64,000 bases of DNA. It comes from Candidatus Thermofontivivens primus (GTDB lineage: Bacteria > Sysuimicrobiota > Sysuimicrobiia > Sysuimicrobiales > Thermofontiviventaceae). The stretch covers positions 1 to 64,000 of the forward strand of contig JAVKJW010000010.1 of NCBI GenBank assembly GCA_031458695.1, read 5' to 3'. Shown here piece after piece: positions 51,016-60,268 of the stretch (the first letter of the stretch is position 1; every line of letters begins with the position of its first letter). A program made the position numbers and the translations under genes. The notes beneath the pieces are model-generated. The model was not told the origin of the DNA. It ran no database searches and saw only the letters and a program-made list of their open reading frames with translations.

Positions 51016-52812
51016 ATGAGCGAGGTACGCGTGAATGACCTTAGCGTGCGGATCGGCGGGCAGGCAGGAGATGGGAGCCTAACTACAGGGGATCTCCTGG
51101 CAAAGGCCCTCAAGCGCATGGGGCTCTGGGTAATCGCCCTCAAGGACTTCCCCTCCCGGATCCGTGGGGGCCATACGAACTACACCATCCGGGCAAAAGA
51201 TGCACCTATCTGGGGACCTGGGAATGCCCTCGACTTCCTCCTCGCCTTCGACATGGAATCGGTAGAGATCCATAGTGGGGAGATCCAGCCAGGAGGGGTC
51301 GTGATCTACGACAACTCCCGGGGTGAGCAGGTTCCAGATTCCCTCCACGCCAAAGGAGTTCACTACCTCGGAGTCCCGTTGAGCAACATCGCCCGTTCCG
51401 AGCTCGGCTTGGAGTTGATGAAGAATACGGTGGCCCTTGGTGTCCTTGCGGAGCTCCTCTCTTTGGACGATACCATCTTCCATGACATCCTCGCTTCCAC
51501 CTATGGGCGCAAGGGGCCAACGGTGGTGGAGAAGAACAAGCGTGCCTTTGACCTAGGCCGGAGACAGGCCGCACAGGCTCCCAAGCCGCCCTACCGGATC
51601 ACCGGAAATGGGGAGAACCCCAAACGCCTGCTCATCACAGGCGATGAGGCTATTGGGTACGGCGCACTCGCCGCCGGCTGTCGGTTCCTCGCTGCCTACC
51701 CCATCACGCCAGCCACGGACATCCTAGAGTGGATGGCCAAATACCTCCCCAAGTACAACGGGGTAGTGATTCAGGCAGAAGACGAGCTGGCTGCGATCAA
51801 TATGGCCATCGGCGCTGCCCATGCTGGGGCACGCGCGATGACCTCTACCTCTGGTCCCGGGTTCTCCCTCATGACCGAGGCTATGGCCCTGGCCGGGATG
51901 GTGGAGGTTCCGGTGGTCATTGTGGACTGCCAGCGCCCAGGGCCCAGCACGGGCCTCCCGACGAAGACGGAGCAGGGAGACCTCAACCATGCGATCTTCG
52001 GGGCCCATGGCGATTTCCCCCGTATCGTCCTCTCCCCTGCCAACGCAGAGGAGGCATTCTACCTCATCGCTGAGGCATTCAACCTGGCCGAGCGTTTCCA
52101 GTGCCCTGTGATCTTTCTCACCGAGCAGTTGGTAGCCATGAGCAAGCAGACGATCCCGCCCCTCGACCTCTCAAGGATCACTATCGATAGGGGAAAGCTC
52201 GTCCGCGAGCCGGTCCAGAACAACGAGGAGTGGCCGTTCCGAAGGTTCGCCATCACCGAAGAAGGAATCTCCCCGCGGCCCATTCCCTCTGTCCCTGGCG
52301 GGATGTTCATCGCAAAAGGTTCTGAACACCTGGAGAGTGGGGCCTACAGCGAAAGCCCCAAAAACCGGACCCTGATGACCCTCAAGCGCATGCGCAAGCT
52401 GGAGCGGGCGAAGGAAGCTGTGCCTCCTCCGGTCCTCACTGGCGACCCCACAGCGCGCGTGGGGATCATTGGATTCGGTGGCACCTACGGTCCTATCCTC
52501 GAGGCCATGGAGATGCTTGCAAAAGAGGGGATTACGACAAAGTACCTTCGCCTGCGGACCCTTTGGCCGTTCCCTGCTGAGGAGATACGCAGGTTTGTGC
52601 AGGAATCAGAGATTGTGTTCGTGGTGGAGCAGAATGCTACAGGGCAACTGCGCGGTCTGGTCGAACGGTGTGTAGGCCCTCAGGAGAAAGTGGAAAGCCT
52701 CCTCAAGTTCGACGGCCAGCCGTTTAAGCCTTTAGAGATTGCCACACGGATCGACGCCCTGCTTGTGGGACCCGAGCGCGTCCCTGCCAGGGCGAATCGT
52801 GCAAGGAGGTAA
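51016..52812 (+). CDS. korA: 2-oxoacid:ferredoxin oxidoreductase alpha subunit (fused gamma domain)
   Basis: Motifs IRGGH, YPITP, EDE, TSGPG, QR.GPSTGLPT. Confidence 0.93.
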   Translation: MSEVRVNDLSVRIGGQAGDGSLTTGDLLAKALKRMGLWVIALKDFPSRIRGGHTNYTIRAKDAPIWGPGNALDFLLAFDMESVEIHSGEIQPGGVVIYDNSRGEQVPDSLHAKGVHYLGVPLSNIARSELGLELMKNTVALGVLAELLSLDDTIFHDILASTYGRKGPTVVEKNKRAFDLGRRQAAQAPKPPYRITGNGENPKRLLITGDEAIGYGALAAGCRFLAAYPITPATDILEWMAKYLPKYNGVVIQAEDELAAINMAIGAAHAGARAMTSTSGPGFSLMTEAMALAGMVEVPVVIVDCQRPGPSTGLPTKTEQGDLNHAIFGAHGDFPRIVLSPANAEEAFYLIAEAFNLAERFQCPVIFLTEQLVAMSKQTIPPLDLSRITIDRGKLVREPVQNNEEWPFRRFAITEEGISPRPIPSVPGGMFIAKGSEHLESGAYSESPKNRTLMTLKRMRKLERAKEAVPPPVLTGDPTARVGIIGFGGTYGPILEAMEMLAKEGITTKYLRLRTLWPFPAEEIRRFVQESEIVFVVEQNATGQLRGLVERCVGPQEKVESLLKFDGQPFKPLEIATRIDALLVGPERVPARANRARR

Positions 52813-52816
52813 AGGG

Positions 52817-53698
52817 ATGGCCACGGTCATAAAGGCCCAGAGAAACCCAAAGGATTACGAAGGGCTCAAGCCCGTCTGGTGCCCGGGGTGTGGAGACTTC
52901 GGGGTCCTGAATGCCCTGAAGAAGGTCTTAGCCGATCTGAACATTGACCCCAAGGACATCGCCCTGGTCACGGGCATCGGATGTTCCAGTCAGATCAGCA
53001 GCTTCCTCAAGGCGTATGCTTTCCACGGCGTCCATGGCAGGCTCCTCCCTGTGGCCACAGCCATCAAGCTCATGAACCCGCACCTGACGGTGATTGGAGC
53101 TGGTGGAGATGGCGACGGATACGCCATTGGCTTGAGCCATTTTCTCCATGCCGTTCGCCGGAATGTGGACATCACCTACATTGTTATGAACAACCAGGTC
53201 TATGGCTTGACCAAGGGGCAAGCGTCCCCTACCGCAGCATTCGGTTTTGTCACTACCTCTACCCCGCAGGGGACACGGGAGCGAGACGTTGATGGGGTAA
53301 AACTCGCCCTCGCTGCAGGGGCCACGTTTGTCGCACGAGGCTTCTCCGGAGACGTTCCCCAACTCGTCAGGCTCTTCAAAGAAGCGCTCCAGCACCCCGG
53401 GTTTGCCCTCGTCGATGTCCTCAGCCCGTGCGTCACCTACAACAGGGTGAACACATATGATTGGTTCCGGGAGAATATCCTCAACCTCGACGAGGACCCG
53501 GAATATGACCCGACAGACCGTGTCAAAGTCCTGACGAAGATCATGACGCTTGATCGGATCCCCACGGGTCTGATCTTCAAGGATCCCTCGAGCAAACCGT
53601 ACTCCAGGTTGCTCTTGAAGGATCCAGACAACCCGCCTGCGCTTGAGGAACTCAGGGTACGTCCTGAGCTTGCCGAGCTGCAGGAACAGTTCGTATAG
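52817..53698 (+). CDS. korB: 2-oxoacid:ferredoxin oxidoreductase beta subunit
   Basis: Motifs WCPGCG, GIGCS, HGR, GDGD, YGLTKGQ.SPT, SPC. Confidence 0.95.
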   Translation: MATVIKAQRNPKDYEGLKPVWCPGCGDFGVLNALKKVLADLNIDPKDIALVTGIGCSSQISSFLKAYAFHGVHGRLLPVATAIKLMNPHLTVIGAGGDGDGYAIGLSHFLHAVRRNVDITYIVMNNQVYGLTKGQASPTAAFGFVTTSTPQGTRERDVDGVKLALAAGATFVARGFSGDVPQLVRLFKEALQHPGFALVDVLSPCVTYNRVNTYDWFRENILNLDEDPEYDPTDRVKVLTKIMTLDRIPTGLIFKDPSSKPYSRLLLKDPDNPPALEELRVRPELAELQEQFV

Positions 53699-53701
53699 GC
53701 G

Positions 53702-53975
53702 TGCGGCCGTGCTAGGCGGGGAGCTAGCGGTTCCCTGTACCCGAAATCCGCTCTACGCGGGGCCGAACTCCCGCTCGAGGCCCTCTCCTGTGAGGCAGGC
53801 CCTCTCTGGAAGGCGAGGAGGGCTGGGCCCTGCGCGATGGAAGCCGACAAACCCCGCCAGGCCCGGAAGGGAGCAACGGTACGTCGGTACTTCCACTGCC
53901 GTGGGGGGACCTGGTCGGAGCCGGCCAGGAGGATACCGCTCGTAGGGGCTGGTCGACAGCGGGTGCACGGCCGCA
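53702..53975 (+). ncRNA. ffs: Signal recognition particle RNA, large (Bacillus-type, with Alu domain)
   Basis: Terminal pairing TGCGGCCGTGC/GCACGGCCGCA. Alu-like 5' part GCTAGGCGGGGAG..AGCGG..CCCTGTACC. Helix 8 CAGGCCCGGAAGGGAGCA. Confidence 0.95.
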
Positions 53976-53989
53976 GCGGTCAACTGGTC

Positions 53990-55534
53990 CTACCCGGACG
54001 CGCCTCGCGCGGTGACCACAGCGGAGATCTCTGTCTCCCCCACCGCTTCAAGAACACCAGGTTCCTTGAGAATCTTGATGAGCCGTTCGAACTCCTCCTC
54101 GAGATTCGTGGGGATATTGCTCAAGTTGACGATCTCCTTGATCTTCCGGTGGTTGAGCTTGTCCAAAAGAGAGGGAGAGACTCCCAGGAGAGCTGCATAC
54201 CCCCTGCTTGCCTTGCAAAGATATTCTGCCTTCGTTCGGTCAAACTCTGGGATCCTCCCGGTCAGCTCCTCGGGCTCCATCCGCCCAAGCTGCCAGATGG
54301 AGATGATCCTGGCCTCCTCCAGGAGCTCTTCTTCGTGCGACTTCAGGTTCAGGAGCCTCTGCATGGTGGCAAAGTTCTGGCGGTAAGCTTTGGCCATGGA
54401 CCGCCAGTGGAGGAGCTGGTCCCTGTCCAGGACAATCTCCTCCGCGATGCGGCTGAGATCCTCGTCGCTCAATTCTTCCAAGTCCTGTACTGTAGAGATC
54501 CCTTTCCTCCCAAGGTCCTCTGCAAGCTCGACGGTCATGCCTAGCTTCTTCACCAGCTCGTTTGGTTGTTCTCGCATCTCCAGCTCTTCCTGGAGGGGGC
54601 GTGGGAGGAGCCGGGCGCCTCGCTCGTTGATCCAGTTCAAGATCGGCTTCATGTAGGCACCAGTAAAGAATGCCAGGAAAACCTCCACGGTGGTAAGGCC
54701 AACGCCAGGCTGGACACTGAGAACCTCCTCCAGCGCTGCTTTCACGAGGAGAAGGTTGGCGATGACCGCCACATAGGGTGCCAGGAGGACCCGGTGCGCT
54801 ACTGCCATAAGGGACTTCCGGTAGGCCATGCGACCATGAGGATCTCCAAAATGTTCCACGATGCTCGTGGTGGCATAGAGGAGAACGCCGATAAAGGCAA
54901 AGATGGGGACGAGTAGGGAGATCTCCACGTCCGGGTGGAAAAATTGCAGAGTGCTCACGCCGCTCCTGAGCCACGTGTACAGGAACGCCACGAACACCCC
55001 GACCCAGCTCAACACGCTGGTGATGGAGTACAGGTGAGTGACCCACGGAGCCGCTCCCCAGATACGGAAGAAGACCCAAATCACAATGCCTGCGAGGGCC
55101 GGAAGGAGGAAAATGAATACCATGACATCGGAGCTCGGAGGGAGTACGGCGAAGATTTGCAACTGGGTGGTTCCCTCGCCAATGGGAACAACCTGGGACC
55201 TAGGACGGTAGCCAGGAGCAGAGAAGTCGACCCTCAGTTGATCTCCTGAAACCATGAAGCGAAACCGGCCCCGGTTGTCGCTTGCCGTTGTCTTCCGATC
55301 CCCTCCAAGGCGGTCTGCATAGGTAATGGTGGCTCGTGAGATTGGTTGCCCTTGCGTGTTCACCACCTGCCCCTCGACCTGGACGAGAGGAGTAGCGACC
55401 ACAGGGGTGCCCGGTTGAGCGTAGGCCAACTGAGCTAGGATCACGATGGCAACGGAGAGGAGGAATCCCTTCAGCCACGCTTTCCCTGTGCCCGCTCCTT
55501 TCCTCTTACCCTTTCTCGGGTATCTCGTACGCAT
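53990..55534 (-). CDS. Membrane protein: carboxypeptidase-regulatory-like domain, ~5 TM, three HhH/DUF4332-like repeats
   Basis: SD GGAGGTG before ATG at 55534. VEGQVVN..G.PI..ATI..SD..G.F..APGY beta-sandwich motif. C-terminal repeats such as LGMTVELAEDLGRKGISTVQDL. Confidence 0.75.
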   Translation of the reverse strand: MRTRYPRKGKRKGAGTGKAWLKGFLLSVAIVILAQLAYAQPGTPVVATPLVQVEGQVVNTQGQPISRATITYADRLGGDRKTTASDNRGRFRFMVSGDQLRVDFSAPGYRPRSQVVPIGEGTTQLQIFAVLPPSSDVMVFIFLLPALAGIVIWVFFRIWGAAPWVTHLYSITSVLSWVGVFVAFLYTWLRSGVSTLQFFHPDVEISLLVPIFAFIGVLLYATTSIVEHFGDPHGRMAYRKSLMAVAHRVLLAPYVAVIANLLLVKAALEEVLSVQPGVGLTTVEVFLAFFTGAYMKPILNWINERGARLLPRPLQEELEMREQPNELVKKLGMTVELAEDLGRKGISTVQDLEELSDEDLSRIAEEIVLDRDQLLHWRSMAKAYRQNFATMQRLLNLKSHEEELLEEARIISIWQLGRMEPEELTGRIPEFDRTKAEYLCKASRGYAALLGVSPSLLDKLNHRKIKEIVNLSNIPTNLEEEFERLIKILKEPGVLEAVGETEISAVVTARGASG

Positions 55535-55596
55535 TTTCTTCACCTCCCGCCTCCTTGCAGAGTATATTTTTACCTCATCAGAAAACTCCTCCCCCT

Positions 55597-56595
55597 TCAG
55601 AAGGGACGATGAAAGAGATAAACGCTGAGAATGGCGACGGCGTTGTTGAGAGCATGCACGGCCATGGGAGAAAGCAATCCCCTCGTGAACTCCCGGAGGT
55701 AGCCAAGGATCCCTCCCAAGACCAGGACGGGGAGGAAATGGACGATCTGTTGGTGAACGAGGGCGAAGAAGAGCGCGCTGGCCCATACTGCAACGTGCCG
55801 ATCCCAACGCGCGCGAAGCCATCCAAAGACTAGTCCTCTGAAGAAGGTCTCCTCTCCCATTGGAACAACGACGAGAAGGAGCAAGAAGAGCCAGATCAGC
55901 TCAATGTAGCTCACGGGACGGGTGAGGAGGGTCAAGATGGGATCCCTGCTGTGTTCACTCTGTGCCATCTCCAAAACCCGTTCGCGCCCAAGGAAGAGGC
56001 CGATCCCCCGGATCACCGCTTCCTCTGCGAGGATCGACAGACCAAGGGCCATTGCACCGATGCACACCCCGAGAAGGAGATCTCGCTGCCACGACGACCA
56101 CCGCCATCCCAACACGTCCGGAGTAAGACGGTACCGCCGTTGGACCACGTGGAGAGAGAGGAAAACGAAGAAGGCATTCTGCACTACCACATATGCTGAA
56201 AGCGGGAGGAGGCCAGAGGCAGGCAGGGTCCCAGCCATGCCTGCGAGAAGCGGTAACGTCATCGAGAACATCGCCGTGATCCCAACGATCTCCCCAATGC
56301 CCCAAGCGCGCGGGGGAGGTTCAAAATCCCGGGGGAACCCGCAGTGCAGGCAATATGCTCGATGGGCCAGGGTGGGACGGTTGCAGGACGGGCAGGGCGC
56401 AAGGACTCCAACAGGGCGCCCCCAGAGGAGATACAGGGGGAGGATGATGGGCAGAGCGAGAAATACCCCGATCGCCCACAACAAAGCTCGGTTGGCGAGA
56501 GGATTCCTACTCCCGAGCCCGCGGTTCCCCGCATCGAGGAGAACCCACAGGGACGCAATCCCTGACAGAACAATGACAGCGAGAGAACCCCACAA
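55597..56595 (-). CDS. CPBP (Abi/CAAX) intramembrane metalloprotease with N-terminal TM and zinc ribbon
   Basis: Motifs EETFFRG, FALVH, HALNN and CPSC..CLHC. AGGAGG SD before TTG at 56595. Confidence 0.88.
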   Translation of the reverse strand: MWGSLAVIVLSGIASLWVLLDAGNRGLGSRNPLANRALLWAIGVFLALPIILPLYLLWGRPVGVLAPCPSCNRPTLAHRAYCLHCGFPRDFEPPPRAWGIGEIVGITAMFSMTLPLLAGMAGTLPASGLLPLSAYVVVQNAFFVFLSLHVVQRRYRLTPDVLGWRWSSWQRDLLLGVCIGAMALGLSILAEEAVIRGIGLFLGRERVLEMAQSEHSRDPILTLLTRPVSYIELIWLFLLLLVVVPMGEETFFRGLVFGWLRARWDRHVAVWASALFFALVHQQIVHFLPVLVLGGILGYLREFTRGLLSPMAVHALNNAVAILSVYLFHRPF

Positions 56596-56798
56596 AGGAA
56601 CCTCCTGTGGGCCCAGGAAATTCTCTTCAAAAGATTTCGCCAGAGGGATTTCCTTCACCCTCTTGTCCATATCCGCAGGAAAGCCTCCCTCCATCACCGA
56701 ATCTACCTCCAAGAGGGATGACATGCTCCTTGTCCCTCGATGCGTGGGGAGCGACTTTACAGCCGGCATTACCTATAAGATTCCGTGGAGGTGACCTG

Positions 56799-58547
56799 GT
56801 GACGTTCGTTTCCCTCTATCGCAAGTGGCGCCCGCAGAGATTTGAAGAGGTCGTGGGGCAGGAACGGGTGATCCGCACCCTCCAGAACGCCCTGCGGGCG
56901 AACCGCATCGTCCATGCCTACCTCTTCGCCGGCCACCGGGGAACGGGCAAAACCACAACCGCAAGGTTGCTGGCCAAAGCACTGAATTGCCAGCAGGGGC
57001 CCACGCCAGAACCATGCAATGCCTGCCCGAATTGCCAAGCGATCAGTGGCGGGTATGCTGTGGATGTCATTGAGATCGATGCAGCGAGCAACCGGGGCAT
57101 CGACGAGATCCGCGAGCTGCGAGAGCGCGTCCGCCTTGCCCCCGCAGAGGGAAGGTACAAGGTCTATATCATCGATGAGGCACACATGATGACACAAGAA
57201 GCATGCAACGCCTTCTTGAAAACCCTGGAGGAACCTCCTGCGCACGCGGTGTTCATCCTCGTCACCACAGAGCCTCATCGTCTCCCCCCCACGATCCTCT
57301 CCCGCACGCAACGATTTGACTTCCGGCGTGTCCCAGGGAGGGAGATCGTAAGCCGGCTCCAGCGCATCGCCCGGGAGGAAGGACTTTCTGTAGAGGAGGA
57401 TGCACTCTTCCTCATCGCCCGCATGAGCGATGGCTCCGTTCGCGATGCAGAAAGCATCCTGGACCAGCTTGCCACCTTTGCGCAGGGAAGGATCACTCGA
57501 GAGGATGTCGTCACCCTCCTTGGTCTCGTCGAGGAAGAGATCGCCCACCAAGCGACGGAGATCGTAATTTCCCAGGACCCCGTTCAGGCACTCCGTTTGG
57601 CATCCCGGATCGTCGATGAGGGAAAGGAGATTCGCCAAGTCCTTCGTTTCCTATTGGAGCATTTCCGTGACCTCCTCATCGTGAAGGCCTGCCCCAACCC
57701 TGCAGAACTCCTTGACCACCAAGAAGCACACATTGCCACTCTTCGCGACGAGGCAACACGGCTCTCCCTGGAGCAGATCCTGCGCGCGCTCAAGATCCTT
57801 GCCAGGAGCGAGTCTGAATCGCGTTTCCATCCCCAACTGCGGCTTCTTTTGGAGTTGACCCTTCTCCGTCTCGCGGGGCTCGATCAAGAATCTCCGAGCG
57901 ACCTGGCCCGCAGGGTGGAAGCGCTCGAGCAGAAGGCTGGCGTCCATCCTCCGGGTGCTCAGCCCGTGGGAAAGTTTTCCCGTGCGCAATCCCGCCAATC
58001 CCCCAGAGGGAGCGGGAAGGGGCAGACTATGAATCCCGAGCCCCAAGCGCAGAAAGAGGAGCGGGCAGAGCGTGCTCCGGAGGAAACGAACTTCGATCCC
58101 CCAAGTGTGCCGCGCTCTCCCAACGGGCCTCAAGAGAGGGATGAGGACTTGTTTGCCACCGTGGCCAGCCATTGGTCCCGAATCCTTGATGCCATCAAGC
58201 GGAAGAAGATGTTCTGCCACGCTCTCCTTATCGATGCGGAGTTGCTCAAGGTCGAAAACGGGACTCTCCTCGTCGGGCTTCGGCCCGGATACAACTTCCA
58301 TCTCGAGCACCTCCAAACGGAGGAGAACCGGACCATTGTGGAGGAGGCGATCGCACAGGTCGTGGGCACGCCCCTGCGCCTCCACTGTCTGATCACCGAC
58401 CTCCCTCCTGCTCCCAAAGCCCATGCGGGCTCCCCGGACCCCGATCCCCTCGTATCCAAAGCCATTGCGATGTTTGGGGGTAGAATCGTGGGGACGCGGG
58501 GATCTCCAGAGGCTAAGAAGAATATCGAAGGGGAGTGGAACCCGTGA
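56799..58547 (+). CDS. dnaX: DNA polymerase III gamma/tau subunit
   Basis: Motifs LYRKWRP, G.RGTGKTT, Zn cluster, EIDAASN, DEAHM, LKTLEEP. Confidence 0.97.
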   Translation: MTFVSLYRKWRPQRFEEVVGQERVIRTLQNALRANRIVHAYLFAGHRGTGKTTTARLLAKALNCQQGPTPEPCNACPNCQAISGGYAVDVIEIDAASNRGIDEIRELRERVRLAPAEGRYKVYIIDEAHMMTQEACNAFLKTLEEPPAHAVFILVTTEPHRLPPTILSRTQRFDFRRVPGREIVSRLQRIAREEGLSVEEDALFLIARMSDGSVRDAESILDQLATFAQGRITREDVVTLLGLVEEEIAHQATEIVISQDPVQALRLASRIVDEGKEIRQVLRFLLEHFRDLLIVKACPNPAELLDHQEAHIATLRDEATRLSLEQILRALKILARSESESRFHPQLRLLLELTLLRLAGLDQESPSDLARRVEALEQKAGVHPPGAQPVGKFSRAQSRQSPRGSGKGQTMNPEPQAQKEERAERAPEETNFDPPSVPRSPNGPQERDEDLFATVASHWSRILDAIKRKKMFCHALLIDAELLKVENGTLLVGLRPGYNFHLEHLQTEENRTIVEEAIAQVVGTPLRLHCLITDLPPAPKAHAGSPDPDPLVSKAIAMFGGRIVGTRGSPEAKKNIEGEWNP

Positions 58548-58852
58548 TGAACATGCAGAAGATGCTGAAACAGCTCCAGAAGGTCCAAGAGGCCATCGTC
58601 CGGGTCCAGGAAGAGCTCAAGGAGGAGCGTGTGGAGGCCACAGCAGGGGGAGGCGCCGTCAAGGTTGTGGCCAATGGACATGGGGATCTCCTGCAGCTCC
58701 GCATCGATCCTTCCGTGGTCAACCCCGAGGACGTGGAGGTGTTGGAGGACCTGATCGTCGCAGCGGTCAATGAAGCACGGCGGCAGGCCAGGGAGCTTTC
58801 GAGCAAGAAGATGGAGGAAGCAAGCGGGGTCAAACTCCCAGGTCTGTTCTAA
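58547..58852 (+). CDS. ybaB: YbaB/EbfC nucleoid-associated protein
   Basis: Motifs AGGGAV and [10 protein letters not shown]. Between dnaX and recR. Confidence 0.95.
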   Translation: MNMQKMLKQLQKVQEAIVRVQEELKEERVEATAGGGAVKVVANGHGDLLQLRIDPSVVNPEDVEVLEDLIVAAVNEARRQARELSSKKMEEASGVKLPGLF

Positions 58853-58971
58853 GTACGCGGCTCGTATGCACCGGAGGGGCAGCCGGCAAAATCCAAAAGA
58901 GTGCGGCGAGGTGCCAAAGCGCCTCACCTCAAGAACAGCTCCAGAAGCGATGGTGTGATGGGATCCTACCT

Positions 58972-59568
58972 ATGCACTACCCGGAACCGCTGGCGAAGCT
59001 CATCACAGAACTCTCGAAAATGCCCACGGTTGGCCCAAAGACGGCTCAGCGCCTGGCGTTTTACCTTCTGCGTGCGCCCGTGGAGGAGGTAGAACGCCTG
59101 GCACAGGCTATGGTCGAAGCCAGGAAGGAAATTCGCTACTGCTCCACTTGTTTCCACCTCACCGATGTGGATCCCTGTGCCATCTGCTCAGACCCCTCCC
59201 GGGACCGGTCCACAATCTGTGTGGTCGAGGACCCGAAGGACGTGATCGCGATGGAACGCACGCGCGAGTACCGAGGGCTTTACCACGTCCTCCACGGAGC
59301 CATCTCCCCCTTAGATGGGGTTGGCCCCGATGACCTGAAGATCGGGAACCTCCTCTACCGTCTCTCCACCGGCGAGATCAAAGAGGTGATCATCGCCACG
59401 AACCCTCGGGTGGAAGGAGAAGCCACGGCGATCTACTTGGCGAAGCTCATCAAGCCCATGGGGATCAAGGTCACGCGCATCGCCCACGGCCTCCCCGTCG
59501 GTGGAGATCTCGAGTACGCCGATGAGGTCACCCTGGCAAAAGCCCTAGAGGGGCGAAGGGAACTCTAA
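58972..59568 (+). CDS. recR: Recombination mediator RecR
   Basis: Hh[12 protein letters not shown]4 Zn finger, TOPRIM EGEATA..Y. Confidence 0.97.
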   Translation: MHYPEPLAKLITELSKMPTVGPKTAQRLAFYLLRAPVEEVERLAQAMVEARKEIRYCSTCFHLTDVDPCAICSDPSRDRSTICVVEDPKDVIAMERTREYRGLYHVLHGAISPLDGVGPDDLKIGNLLYRLSTGEIKEVIIATNPRVEGEATAIYLAKLIKPMGIKVTRIAHGLPVGGDLEYADEVTLAKALEGRREL

Positions 59569-59589
59569 GGCATTCTACCGGGAGGGGAC

Positions 59590-59612
59590 CCTGCCAAAAG
59601 AGTTTTGCCAGG
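59590..59612. repeat. Hairpin repeat family member after recR
   Basis: CCTGCCAAAA-GAG-TTTTGCCAGG. Confidence 0.55.
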
Positions 59613-59719
59613 ATACTTCGAATGACCGCAGGCAGTTTCACGGAAGACCGTTCGCATCCTTGGGTTGCGTCACCATGCGGCCCGAAGTATACTTAGGGAG
59701 GGTCAAGGAGCAACGTGCC

Positions 59720-60190
59720 ATGGAGTTCATCAGCCCGACGTACGGGAAACTCAGCTTTGAGCGCATGTTCCGACAGATCGTGCGATACATCCAGGAGGAT
59801 CCCGATCGCCAGTACCACCTCATTATCGGGACAGACTCCCTCCTGGGAGACGAGACCACATTTGTCACGGCAGTGATCATCCACCGCCTCGGCCGGGGTG
59901 GACGGTACTTCTACCGAAAGTTCCGCAACCGGAAGATCGAGAGCCTGCGCCAGCGCATCCTCTATGAAGCCTCCCTGAGCCTGGAAGTCGCCAGCCAGAT
60001 TAGCTCCGAGCTGGCCAAGAACGGGTTTTCCGATCTCCCTGTGGAGATCCACCTAGACGTGGGGAACAACGGAGAGACCAAGAAGATCATCCGCGAGGTC
60101 GTTGGGATGGTCACTGGCTCCGGCTATGCAGCGGTGATCAAGCCGGAGGCTTACGGAGCGTCCAAGGTCGCCGATAAGCATTCCAAGTAA
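59720..60190 (+). CDS. RNase H-like YkuK family protein
   Basis: Motifs IGTDS, RI..EA..S, IH.DVG..G.T, KP.AYGAS.VAD. Confidence 0.9.
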   Translation: MEFISPTYGKLSFERMFRQIVRYIQEDPDRQYHLIIGTDSLLGDETTFVTAVIIHRLGRGGRYFYRKFRNRKIESLRQRILYEASLSLEVASQISSELAKNGFSDLPVEIHLDVGNNGETKKIIREVVGMVTGSGYAAVIKPEAYGASKVADKHSK

Positions 60191-60268
60191 GCTGGACCAG
60201 AAAAGGTAGGCCCGGCAGGATCCGATGGGAGATCTCGCCGGCTTCGAGGGGAAGGCTGCCGACGAGGA

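Noticed and set aside
55535..55822. N-terminal 96 aa of the 610-aa ORF
   Set aside because: It overlaps the CPBP gene. A strong SD supports the start at 55534.
56799..58547. Programmed frameshift or slippage site in dnaX
   Set aside because: No AAAAAAG heptamer or long A-run seen in the linker region.
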